Shown: positions 1 to 12,296, counted from the first letter of the stretch. The stretch is 64,000 nt of DNA from an uncultured Solirubrobacterales bacterium (GCA_963766755.1 CAVYBI010000007.1:386992-450991); one strand, 5' to 3'. Numbers and translations are program-made. The notes: generated by a model from the letters alone, not told the origin.

Positions 1-2
1 CC

Positions 3-548
3 ACGGTCGTCCAGACCTACGGCCTGACCGAGACCTGCTCGCAGGTGACGACGCTGGCCCCGGCCGAGGCGCGGCGCAAGCTCGGCTCCGCCGGCCGGCC
101 GCTGCTGACCACCCACCTGCGCATCCAGGACGGCGAGATCCTCGTCCAGGGCCCGACCGTCGCCCCCGGTCGCGCCGACGCCGACGGCTGGCTGCACACC
201 GGCGACCTCGGCCACATCGACGAGGAGGGCTTCCTCTACGTCAAGGACCGGATCGACGACATGATCGTCAGCGGCGGCGAGAACGTGATCCCGGCCGAGG
301 TCGAGGAGGTGCTGCTGCGCCATCCCGAGGTCGCCGACGCCGCCGTGGTCGGCCGCGAGGACCCCGAGTGGCAGCAGGCGGTGACCGCGGTGGTCGTCCT
401 CGAGAGCGGCTCGGAGGTGACGCCCGAGGAGCTGCGCCGCCACTGCGCCGAATCGCTGGCCGGGTTCAAGGTGCCGAAGCGGGTCGAGCTGGCGGCGGCG
501 CTGCCGCGCACGCCCTCGGGCAAGCTGATGCGCAGGGCGCTCCGCTAG
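3..548 (+). CDS. AMP-dependent acyl-CoA synthetase/ligase, C-terminal part (5' end outside window)
   Basis: Frame open from window edge to TAG 546-548. Carries [25 protein letters not shown] and C-terminal PRTPSGKL motifs of adenylate-forming enzymes. Confidence 0.85.
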   Translation, partial: TVVQTYGLTETCSQVTTLAPAEARRKLGSAGRPLLTTHLRIQDGEILVQGPTVAPGRADADGWLHTGDLGHIDEEGFLYVKDRIDDMIVSGGENVIPAEVEEVLLRHPEVADAAVVGREDPEWQQAVTAVVVLESGSEVTPEELRRHCAESLAGFKVPKRVELAAALPRTPSGKLMRRALR

Positions 549-571
549 GGCGGTTGGATAGCCTGCCGCGC

Positions 572-1588
572 ATGCGAACCGACGACATCTTCTACGACAA
601 GGACGCCGACCTCGGCAAGCTCGACGGCAAGACCGTCGCGATCCTCGGCTACGGCTCCCAGGGGCACGCCCACGCCCTCAACCTCAAGGACTCCGGAGTC
701 GACGTCGTCGTCGGCCTCCGCCCCGACTCCTCCAGCCGCGCCAAGGCCGAAGCGGCCGGGCTCGAGGTGCTCGACATCGCCGAAGCCGCCAGCCGCGGCG
801 ACCTGGTGATGATCCTGCTCCCGGACGAGAAGCAGGCCGAGATCTGGCAGTCGGACATCGCCGACGGCATCGCCCCCGGCAACCTCCTGCTCTTCGCCCA
901 CGGCTTCGCGATCCACTTCGACGAGATCGAGCCGCCGCCCGGCGTCGACGTCGGCATGGTCGCCCCCAAGGGCCCCGGCCACCTGGTCCGCCGCCAGTAC
1001 GAGGAAGGCGCCGGCGTGCCCTGCCTGATGGCGGTCCACCAGGACGCCAGCGGCAACGCCCACGACCTCGTCCTCGCCTACGCCTCGGGGATCGGCGGCG
1101 GCCGCGCGGCGATCATCGAGACGACCTTCAAGGACGAGTGCGAGACCGACCTCTTCGGCGAGCAGGCCGTGCTCTGCGGCGGCGCCTCGGAGCTCGTCCG
1201 CGCCGGCTTCGAGACCCTGGTCGAGGCCGGCTACGACCCGCGCCTGGCCTACTTCGAGTGCCTGCACGAGCTCAAGCTGATCGCCGACCTGATGTACGAA
1301 AAGGGCATCCAGGGCATGCGCCACTCGATCTCCAACACCGCCGAGTACGGCGACATGACCCGCGGCAAACGGGTCATCGGCGAGGAGTCCCGCGCCGCGA
1401 TGAAGCAGATCCTCTCCGAGATCCAGTCCGGCGACTTCGCCCGCGAGTTCATCGCCGAGAACAGGGCCGGCAACGAGAACTTCGACCGCATGCGCCAGGA
1501 GGGGGCGGGGCACGAGGTCGAGGAGGTCGGGAAAGACCTGCGGGACATGATGCCCTGGATCGATCAGGGGTTTCGCGACACTAAGTAG
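572..1588 (+). CDS. ilvC: ketol-acid reductoisomerase (class I)
   Basis: ATG 572 gives [38 protein letters not shown] (dinucleotide-binding motif) and a full-length KARI-like protein. The listed ORF start at 368 only adds an Arg/Gly-rich extension overlapping the upstream gene. Confidence 0.95.
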   Translation: MRTDDIFYDKDADLGKLDGKTVAILGYGSQGHAHALNLKDSGVDVVVGLRPDSSSRAKAEAAGLEVLDIAEAASRGDLVMILLPDEKQAEIWQSDIADGIAPGNLLLFAHGFAIHFDEIEPPPGVDVGMVAPKGPGHLVRRQYEEGAGVPCLMAVHQDASGNAHDLVLAYASGIGGGRAAIIETTFKDECETDLFGEQAVLCGGASELVRAGFETLVEAGYDPRLAYFECLHELKLIADLMYEKGIQGMRHSISNTAEYGDMTRGKRVIGEESRAAMKQILSEIQSGDFAREFIAENRAGNENFDRMRQEGAGHEVEEVGKDLRDMMPWIDQGFRDTK

Positions 1589-1604
1589 GGCTGGTGGTGG
1601 GGGA

Positions 1605-1704
1605 GGATCGGATGCCCCTCCCCATGAGGCCGTCGCGCAGCTGGGTCGATCTCACTGGGCTCAAGCGCCTGTCCGTGAGCCTCCTGGGGAGGGGCATCCG
1701 ATCC
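1605..1704. repeat. hairpin repeat element, copy 1: 19-bp perfect stem (1605-1623 / 1686-1704) around a conserved core, followed by TTTT
   Basis: GGATCGGATGCCCCTCCCC and its exact reverse complement flank core 1627-1668, which recurs inverted at 1897-1937. Sits just 3' of ilvC. Confidence 0.8.
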
Positions 1705-1857
1705 TTTTCACGGACGCCTTCTTCAGCTGAAAAGAGCGCGTGCACCCAAACCCTGGCTGGAGGTGGCGCCGCAGCTTCTCTCGGCGGAGAGGTCTCGGTG
1801 CCCCAGCTTCCTTAAGAGGTCCATGCCTCCGGCCGTAGCGAACCCTCGGCTACGCGG

Positions 1858-1962
1858 AGAGGACCGGGGACCCCTTCCCCGGAGGCTCAAGGACATGCGC
1901 TTGAGCCCAGTGAGCGCGACCAGCTGCGCGACGGCCTCCGGGGAAGGGGTCCCCGGTCCTCT
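1858..1962. repeat. hairpin repeat element, copy 2 (inverted orientation): 28-bp perfect stem (1858-1885 / 1935-1962) around the same core
   Basis: AGAGGACCGGGGACCCCTTCCCCGGAGG and its exact reverse complement. Core 1897-1937 is the reverse complement of 1627-1668 apart from a short central indel. Sits just 3' of the minus-strand cupin gene. Confidence 0.8.
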
Positions 1963-1966
1963 GCCT

Positions 1967-5839
<3,873 letters not shown>

Positions 5840-5848
5840 GGTTTCCGC

Positions 5849-6880
5849 ATGCGGGCGGTGGTGCTGACGGGGACCGGCGGTCCCGAGGTTTTGAAGGTCC
5901 AGGAGCGTCCCGACCCCGCGGTCGGCCCCGGGCAGATCCGCATCGCGGTGCGTGCCGCCGGCATCAACTTCGCCGACACCCTGGCCCGGGTCGGTCTCTA
6001 TCCGGACGCGCCGAAGCCGCCCTGCGTGCTCGGCTACGAGGTGGCGGGCGAGGTCGAGAGCCTGGGCGCCGGGGTGGAGGACTTCGCACTCGGCGACCGC
6101 GTCGTCGCCGGCACCCGCTTCGGCGGCCAGGCCGAGCTGGTCAGCGTCGATGCCGCCCAGGCGCTGCCGCTGCCCGATCGCCTCAGCTTCGAGCAGGGCG
6201 CCGCCTTCCCGGTCAACTACGGCACCGCCTACGCGGCGCTGGTCCTCATGGGCGGTATGCGGAAGGGGGATCGGGTCCTGATCCACGCGGCCGGCGGTGG
6301 CGTCGGCATCTCCGCGGTCCAGCTCGCCCGCAACGCCGGGGCCGAGGTCTTCGGCACCGCCTCGCCGGGCAAGCACGAGGCGATCCGGGCGCAGGGCGTT
6401 GCCCACGCGATCGACTACCGCGGCCAGGACTTCGAGTCCGAGGTGATGCGGATCACCGGCGGTGAGGGCGTCGACCTGATCATGGATGCGCTCGGCCCGA
6501 CCTCGTTCCGCAAGGACTACCGGCTGCTGCGCTCCGGCGGGCGGCTGGTCATGTACGGGCTCTCGGAGAACTCCAACGCCGGCGTCCGCAACATCCCGGC
6601 GACGCTGAAGAGCCTCGCGAAGATGCCCTTGGCGACGATGCCCTGGTGGAAGAGCCTGATGATGATGAACGAGAACAAAGGCGTCTTCGGCCTCAACATG
6701 CTGAGCTGGTGGGATCGCGAGGGCGATCTCGATCGCGTCACCGAACCGCTGATGGCGGATCTCGAGGCCGGGCTGCTGGAGCCGGTGGTCGCGGAGGCGT
6801 TCCCCTTCGACCGCGCCGGCGAGGCGCACGAATTCATCGCCCAGCGCCGCAACGTCGGCAAGGTCGTGTTGTTCCCTTAA
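5849..6880 (+). CDS. medium-chain (MDR) quinone oxidoreductase / zinc-type alcohol dehydrogenase family protein
   Basis: 343 aa; GYEVAGEV.., AAGGGVGISAVQLA cofactor motif, C-terminal ..GKVVL. Confidence 0.85.
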   Translation: MRAVVLTGTGGPEVLKVQERPDPAVGPGQIRIAVRAAGINFADTLARVGLYPDAPKPPCVLGYEVAGEVESLGAGVEDFALGDRVVAGTRFGGQAELVSVDAAQALPLPDRLSFEQGAAFPVNYGTAYAALVLMGGMRKGDRVLIHAAGGGVGISAVQLARNAGAEVFGTASPGKHEAIRAQGVAHAIDYRGQDFESEVMRITGGEGVDLIMDALGPTSFRKDYRLLRSGGRLVMYGLSENSNAGVRNIPATLKSLAKMPLATMPWWKSLMMMNENKGVFGLNMLSWWDREGDLDRVTEPLMADLEAGLLEPVVAEAFPFDRAGEAHEFIAQRRNVGKVVLFP

Positions 6881-6914
6881 CAGGGTTGGATTTCCTGACC
6901 GGATTGATGCTGCG

Positions 6915-7466
6915 ATGAAGAGAGCGATCCTGATTGCGACGACGTTGCTGGCGGCATGGACCGCGACGACCGCCCATGCGGCCGAGTCGAAGCTCACCGT
7001 GCTGCTCGCGGGTGGCATCGAAGAGAGCGCAATCAGCATCGCCCTCAGCCCCGATGGCCGCAGCTACGTGATCGATTCGCTGGCGCAGCTCGAAATCGGC
7101 GTCGATGTTTGCTGGCACCCCGAAGGGATGGAAACCCAGCTGATCTGCGCTGCCAGCTCGATCGGCGGCTTCGAAGTCAACGCCGGCGGCGGCGATGATT
7201 CGGTCATCGTCGCGCGGGGGGTCCCGATTCCGGTCACCCTTCGCGGCGGTCCGGGGCAGGACAGGCTGGTCGGCGGTGGCGCTGACGACAGGCTGGTCGG
7301 CGGGACCGGCGATGACACGCTGATCGGGAGGGCGGGTGCCGATTCTCTGTTCGGCGGGCCCGGCAGCGATCGCCTGATCGGCGGCAGCGGCGACGACCTC
7401 TTGCACGGCGACAGCGGCGACGACACGGTTCTGGGCGGCTCCGGCCGCAACCACTCGCTTTCCTAG
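6915..7466 (+). CDS. secreted calcium-binding protein with RTX-type nonapeptide repeats
   Basis: Sec-type signal peptide MKRAILIATTLLAAWTATTAHA. Eight consecutive GGxGxDxLx units (GGPGQDRLV GGGADDRLV GGTGDDTLI GRAGADSLF GGPGSDRLI GGSGDDLLH GDSGDDTVL GGSGRN). Confidence 0.75.
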   Translation: MKRAILIATTLLAAWTATTAHAAESKLTVLLAGGIEESAISIALSPDGRSYVIDSLAQLEIGVDVCWHPEGMETQLICAASSIGGFEVNAGGGDDSVIVARGVPIPVTLRGGPGQDRLVGGGADDRLVGGTGDDTLIGRAGADSLFGGPGSDRLIGGSGDDLLHGDSGDDTVLGGSGRNHSLS

Positions 7467-8866
7467 GGGGCTTGCTCGGCGGAGCGCCGGCGGGAGAGCA
7501 GGCTGCCGCCGACGAACAGCAGCGAGATCGCGAAGCCGACCAGGGAGAGGGCGGCGTCGAGCCGGAATCCGGCCTGGATGCCGTCGACGAAGGGTGGGAT
7601 CGCGGACGAGAAGACGGTCGTCGTCAACCCCAGCCCGATCGAGCCGCCGGCGATCTGGAACATGTAGACGATGCCGCCGGCGAGGCTGGTCTGCGAGTCG
7701 TCGACCGAGGTCACCCCGGCCGTCGTCGCGGTCGGGTAGAAGCTCCCCACGCCGAGCCCGAGCACGACCATCCCCGGCACCAGCGACCCGTAGCTGGAGC
7801 CGCCGTCGACCTGGGAGAAGAGAAACGGCGCCACGGTGATGCAGGCAGCGCCGAAGACCGCCAGCGGCTTGGCGCCGAGGCGGCTGTAGAGCGGGCCGGC
7901 GATGAAGGAGACGACCGCGAAGACACCGAGGAAGGGCAGGATCCCGATGCCGGCCTCCAGCGGTGAGTAGCCGAACTGCTTCTCCATGAACTGGGGCAGG
8001 TAGAGCAGCGAGGCGAAGAACGTCGCCGACATGAAGAGGATCGCCACGCAGGAGGCGGTGAAGCTGCGGTTGCGCATGATCTCCCGCGGCACCAGCGCGT
8101 GGGCACCGGCCCGCCGCTCGATCGGCACGAAGGCGAGGACGAGGATCGCGGACAGGGCCAGCAGCGCGATCATTTTCGGGTCGCCCCAGCCCCAGTCGGA
8201 AACCTGGTCGAGGGCGATCAGCAGCGAGACCAGCCCGACCGAGAGGGCGGCGATCCCCGGGTAGTCGATCCGCTGGTCCTCGGCTTCGGGCTCCTTGACG
8301 TGAACCAGGAAGTAAGTGACGAGGACCGCAAACACCGAGATCGGCACGTTGAGGAAGAAGATCCAGCGCCAGCTCAGGGTCTCGGTGAGGACGCCGCCGA
8401 TCAGCGGCCCGATGGCGTTGCCGAGTCCGGCGGCGCCGAGGATGATCCCGCCGGCCAGGCCCGCCTTTTCTTCCGGCAGGATCGCGAAGGTCATGCCGAG
8501 GATCGCCGGCCACATCAGGGCGCCGCCGATCCCCATCAGGGTGCGGCAGGCGATCAGCCAGGCCTCTGACTGGGCGGCGCCGCCGAGCGCCGACATCGAG
8601 GCGAAGATCGCGGTGCCGAGGAAGAAGGCTTTGCGGCGGCCGAACATGTCGGCGAGGCGGCCGCCGGTGACGATCATCACCCCGAAGGTCAGCGCGTAGG
8701 CGTTGACCACCCACTGGATCGTGTTGATGTTGGTGTCGAAGTCCTTCTCCATCGTGGGAAGGGCGACGTTGATCGCCGAGAAGTCGTTGGCGATCACGAC
8801 CACGGCGATGCCCATCGCGAAGAGGGCGAGCCAGTTGGTGCGCTGGGCGGTGGCGATGGGCGCCAC
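7463..8866 (-). CDS. MFS transporter, DHA2 (EmrB/QacA-like, 14-TMS) family
   Basis: Many hydrophobic helices plus the GGRLADMFGRRK loop motif. Start taken as GTG 8866 (VAPIATAQRTNWLALFAMG..); ATG 8815 is an alternative. The rest of listed ORF 7463..9451 is antisense of the leuA 5' region. Confidence 0.8.
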   Translation of the reverse strand: MAPIATAQRTNWLALFAMGIAVVVIANDFSAINVALPTMEKDFDTNINTIQWVVNAYALTFGVMIVTGGRLADMFGRRKAFFLGTAIFASMSALGGAAQSEAWLIACRTLMGIGGALMWPAILGMTFAILPEEKAGLAGGIILGAAGLGNAIGPLIGGVLTETLSWRWIFFLNVPISVFAVLVTYFLVHVKEPEAEDQRIDYPGIAALSVGLVSLLIALDQVSDWGWGDPKMIALLALSAILVLAFVPIERRAGAHALVPREIMRNRSFTASCVAILFMSATFFASLLYLPQFMEKQFGYSPLEAGIGILPFLGVFAVVSFIAGPLYSRLGAKPLAVFGAACITVAPFLFSQVDGGSSYGSLVPGMVVLGLGVGSFYPTATTAGVTSVDDSQTSLAGGIVYMFQIAGGSIGLGLTTTVFSSAIPPFVDGIQAGFRLDAALSLVGFAISLLFVGGSLLSRRRSAEQAP

Positions 8867-8921
8867 CCTACGAAAATGCCACCGATGGCGTGTGGGCTCT
8901 GCGCTACGCTGCAGTGAGCGA

Positions 8922-8981
8922 ATGACCCACCGGTTCGACAGCCTCGCGCTTCTCCTTCTCCTCCCCCCTCGGGGGGAATAG
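8922..8981 (+). promoter_or_regulatory. leucine-rich leader peptide ORF upstream of leuA (candidate ribosome-mediated attenuator)
   Basis: ATG 8922 to TAG 8979-8981 encodes MTHRFDSLALLLLLPPRGE. The Leu codon run 8949-8960 is complementary to the leuA SD region 9031-9042. Confidence 0.6.
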
Positions 8982-9047
8982 CGCTGGGCGGCGCGATAGC
9001 CGCGAGAGACAAGGTCATTCAAATGAAGCAGAGAAGGAGGAGGTCCG

Positions 9048-10633
9048 ATGGGACCCGCATCTGACGCCAACCGCGTCCACATCTTCGACACCACCCTGAG
9101 GGACGGCGAGCAGTCGCCGGGCATCTCGCTCAACACCGCCGAGAAGGTGGAGATCGCCCAGCAGCTGGCACGGCTGGGGGTCGACGTGATCGAGGCCGGC
9201 TTCCCGATCACCTCGCCCGGCGACTTCGAGGCCGTCCAGGAGATCTCGCGGGTGGTCGAGGGGCCCGTGGTCTGCGGCCTGGCCCGCACCCACAAGGCCG
9301 ACATCGACGCCGCCTGGGGGGCGGTGCGCGACGCCCAGCGGCCGCGCATCCACACCTTCATCTCGACCTCCGACATCCACATCGAGCACCAGCTGCAGAC
9401 CGACCGCGAGGACGTCAAGGGGCAGGCCCGCGCCGCCGTCGCCCTGGCCAAGTCCTACTGCGAGGACGTCGAGTTCTCGCCGATGGACGCGACCCGCGCC
9501 GACATCGAGTTCACCGCCGAGGTCTGCGCGATCGCGGTCGAGGAGGGCGCGAGCGTGGTCAACATCCCCGACACGGTCGGCTACACGACGCCCGAGGAGT
9601 ACGCGGATTACTTCCGCCGTCTCTACGAGCTGGTGCCCGCCCTGCGCGAGGTCGAGATGTCGGTCCACTGCCACGACGACCTGGGGCTGGCCGTCGCCAA
9701 CTCCTACGCCGGCGTCCTGGCCGGGGCGCGGCAGGTCGAGTGCGCGGTCAACGGGATCGGCGAGCGCGCCGGCAACTGCTCGCTGGAGGAGATCGCGATG
9801 CTGGTCAAGGTCCGCGAGGACGTGCACGGCCTGACGACCGGGATCAACAGCCGCGAGATCGCCCGCACCAGCCGCATGGTCTCGCGCCTGACCGGCTACG
9901 CGATCCAGCCCAACAAGGCGATCGTCGGCCGCAACGCCTTCGCCCACGAGTCCGGCATCCACCAGGACGGCGTGCTGAAGGAGCGCAGCACCTACGAGAT
10001 CATGGACGCGACCGAGGTCGGCCTGGAGTCGAACTCGATCGTGCTGGGCAAGCACTCCGGCCGCCACGCACTGAAGGACGCGCTGGAGCAGCTGGGCTTC
10101 AAGGTCGAGGGCAACGCGCTGAACGCCGCCTTCAAGGCCTTCAAGGAGGTCGCCGACCGCAAGAAGCAGGTGACCGCGCTCGACCTGGAGGCGATCGTCT
10201 CCGACGAGATGCGCGAGCGCTCCGACGCCCACGAGCTGGCCTGGTTCGAGGTCGAGGCGGGCTCCCGTCGCGAGCCCGTCGCCAGGGTCGCGGTGACCTT
10301 GCCCTCCGGCGAGGAGGCGGTCGGGGAGTCCGGCGGCGACGGCCCGGTCGACGCGATCTTCCGCGCGATCCAGTCGGCGACCGAGACCGAGTGCGAGCTG
10401 CGCCAGTACACGGTCGAGGCGGTGACCGGGGGGGAGGACGCCCTCGGCCAGGTGACCGTGATGCTGCGCACCGCCGGTCGCCTGGCGACCGGCCAGGGCG
10501 TCGCCACCGACATCCTCGAGGCCTCGGCCCGCGCCTACGTGCGAGCCCTGTCCAACGCCCTCGAAGGCGCCGCCACCCGCGAGGCCGAGGCGGCGACCGC
10601 CGAAGCCGCCGTCGAGCGCACCCCGGCCCCTAA
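9048..10633 (+). CDS. leuA: 2-isopropylmalate synthase. As given there is NO in-frame stop and the ORF runs on to 11603; the 3' end shown assumes a 1-nt indel before TAA 10631-10633.
   Basis: HIFDTTLRDGEQSPG, HCHDDLGLAVANS, NGIGERAGN and a C-terminal LeuA-dimer regulatory domain up to about aa 510 (..ARAYVRALSNAL). GAAGGAGG 7 nt before ATG 9048. Confidence 0.9.
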
Positions 10634-10658
10634 CCGCCCTCAAGGGGGGCGAACTTCA

Positions 10659-10707
10659 CACGCGTCTGCACTTGTACGTCCTATGGACGTGCGGGGGCAG
10701 ACGCGTG
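10659..10707. repeat. 49-nt nested palindromic repeat, copy 1
   Basis: Outer 11-bp stem CACGCGTCTGC / GCAGACGCGTG and inner hairpin ACGTCC-TAT-GGACGT. A near-identical element lies at 50180-50228. Confidence 0.8.
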
Positions 10708-11603
10708 GGTTGGATGGCCGCATCGCCGAGCTGGCCGAGGCTCAGCACGGAATGGTGGCCCGTCGGCAGCTGCTTGCGCTGGGGGCGGGGAGGGAGGCCA
10801 TCGCAGTGCGGTTACGGGTGGGCCGTCTGCATCCTCTGCACCGAGGGGTCTACGCAGTGGGCCATCGAGTGCTCTCGCGGGAGTCGCGCTGGATGGCGGC
10901 GGTGTTGTTCTGCGGGCGGGAGGCTGTGCTCAGCCATCACTCGGCAGCGGCGCTCTGGAGTATTCGCGATCCATCGAGCCGGAGGATTGAGGTGACTGCG
11001 CCGGTCAAAAGCCGCTCGTGCGGCGGCATCCATCGGCATTTCGCGATCCTGCCCGAGGATGAGGTGACGATGGAGCGCGAGATTCCGGTGACGTCCGTGC
11101 CACGGACGATCTTCGACCTCGCGGCCGTTGCCTCGGTCGACGCGGTCGAGAACGCGCTGCGACAGTCGGAATATCTGCGGCTGCACGACCGTCTTTCGCT
11201 CCCCGACCTGCTGGAGCGCTATCCGCGGCGGCAGGGCTCGAAGAAAGTCCGCGAGTGCCTGGCCCGCCGCCGCGAGACGCCGGGACGCGCACGGAGCTGG
11301 CTGGAGGAACGGTTCCTACCCTTCCTGCGCCGTGAGCGGCTGCCGCTGCCGCAGCTCAATGCCTGGCTCGAAGTGGGAGGGAGGCGATACCAGGTCGACT
11401 GCCTCTGGCCACGCCAGCGCGTGGTCGTGGAGCTCGATGGGTTCGCGGCGCATGGCACGCGGGTCGCCTTCCGTGAAGACCGGGCGCGGGATCGGCGGTT
11501 GCGAGTCGCGGGCTTTGGCGTGACCCGGATCGCGACCGAGCAGCTCGAAGACGAACCTGGGGCAATCGCCGCAGATCTTCGCCAAATGCTTGCGACTGGC
11601 TAA
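10683..11603 (+). CDS. DUF559 (Vsr-like PD-(D/E)xK endonuclease fold) protein with an N-terminal winged-helix-like region
   Basis: ..AELAEAQHGMVARRQLLALG..RLRVGRLHPLHRGVYAVG.. and C-terminal YQVDCLWPRQRVVVELDGFAAH..DRARDRRLRVAGFGVTR. Start uncertain (ATG 10683 inside the repeat, or TTG 10710). In frame with leuA. Codon third positions are less C-biased than in the neighbours. Confidence 0.75.
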   Translation: MDVRGQTRGLDGRIAELAEAQHGMVARRQLLALGAGREAIAVRLRVGRLHPLHRGVYAVGHRVLSRESRWMAAVLFCGREAVLSHHSAAALWSIRDPSSRRIEVTAPVKSRSCGGIHRHFAILPEDEVTMEREIPVTSVPRTIFDLAAVASVDAVENALRQSEYLRLHDRLSLPDLLERYPRRQGSKKVRECLARRRETPGRARSWLEERFLPFLRRERLPLPQLNAWLEVGGRRYQVDCLWPRQRVVVELDGFAAHGTRVAFREDRARDRRLRVAGFGVTRIATEQLEDEPGAIAADLRQMLATG

Positions 11604-11672
11604 TCCGTTCGCAGACGCCACTCGCCCACTTAGAACTGCATAGATACAAATGTCCGTGATAACGTACACACC

Positions 11673-12296
11673 ATGGCGACCAACTCGACGATTACCCGGA
11701 CGTCTCGACGCGAGGCTGCACCACAGGTCTATCCCGCGTCCACCGTCGGCCCCCGGATCAAGGCTCTGCGCGACGCGATGGGGTTCTCGCTGCGCGACCT
11801 GGCAGAGCGCTCGGGCGTCAGCGCGCCGATGCTGTCTCAGGTCGAGCGCGGTGAGACCAGCCCGACGCTGGCGGTCGCCGAGAAGATCGCCGCCGGGCTG
11901 GAGCTGACCCTGTCGCAGCTGCTGCGCCTGGACGAGGGCCAGCACGTCGCCGTCAGCCGCGCCGGCGAGCGCCGCCGCTTCGAGCGCGGCGGCCACCGCT
12001 TCGAGGAGCTGACCCCGCCGCTGCCGGGCCAGCGCGCCGACGTCTCGCTGCACACGCTGGAGCCGGGCGCCTCGACCGGCGGTCGCGAGGACCCGCCGAT
12101 GCACGAGCCGGGCAGCCGCGAGACCGCCGTCGTGCTCAGCGGCCACCTGGCGCTCTTCGTCGAGGGCGCCCGCCACGACCTTGAGAACGGCGACAGCGTC
12201 ACCTTCGACGCCGACCTGCCGCATCATTTCGAGAACGATGGCGAGGAGCCGACCCGCTTCCTCGCCGTGATAGCCGCCGGGCTGAGGAGGAGCTGA
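11673..12296 (+). CDS. XRE-family HTH transcriptional regulator with C-terminal cupin domain
   Basis: [40 protein letters not shown]; cupin part [32 protein letters not shown]. Stop overlaps leuC start (ATG 12296). Confidence 0.85.
   Translation: MATNSTITRTSRREAAPQVYPASTVGPRIKALRDAMGFSLRDLAERSGVSAPMLSQVERGETSPTLAVAEKIAAGLELTLSQLLRLDEGQHVAVSRAGERRRFERGGHRFEELTPPLPGQRADVSLHTLEPGASTGGREDPPMHEPGSRETAVVLSGHLALFVEGARHDLENGDSVTFDADLPHHFENDGEEPTRFLAVIAAGLRRS

Noticed and set aside
368-571. N-terminal extensions in the ORF track, including 368 for ilvC, 2343 for serC, 3914 for serA, 32660 for murA, 34534 for hisG, 35814 for hisD and 45290 for rpsB.
   Set aside because: The track reports the most upstream ATG/GTG/TTG. 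The extensions overlap the preceding gene and are compositionally junk. A downstream start with an RBS or a 4-nt start/stop overlap reproduces the conserved N-terminus.
545-1513. Long ORFs antisense to, or in alternative frames of, recognised genes. Examples: 545..1513 -, 4136..5617 -, 5825..7039 -, 6834..8714 -, 9015..10643 -, 14517..16082 -, 20041..21180 -, 33593..35266 -, 39105..41300 -, 53768..55609 -, 53947..55809 +, 56223..57767 -.
   Set aside because: Typical high-GC artefacts. Stop codons are rare in all frames. The translations are Arg/Gly/Ala/Pro-rich low-complexity strings with no recognisable motifs. Each one fully overlaps a gene with strong family signatures and C-rich third positions.
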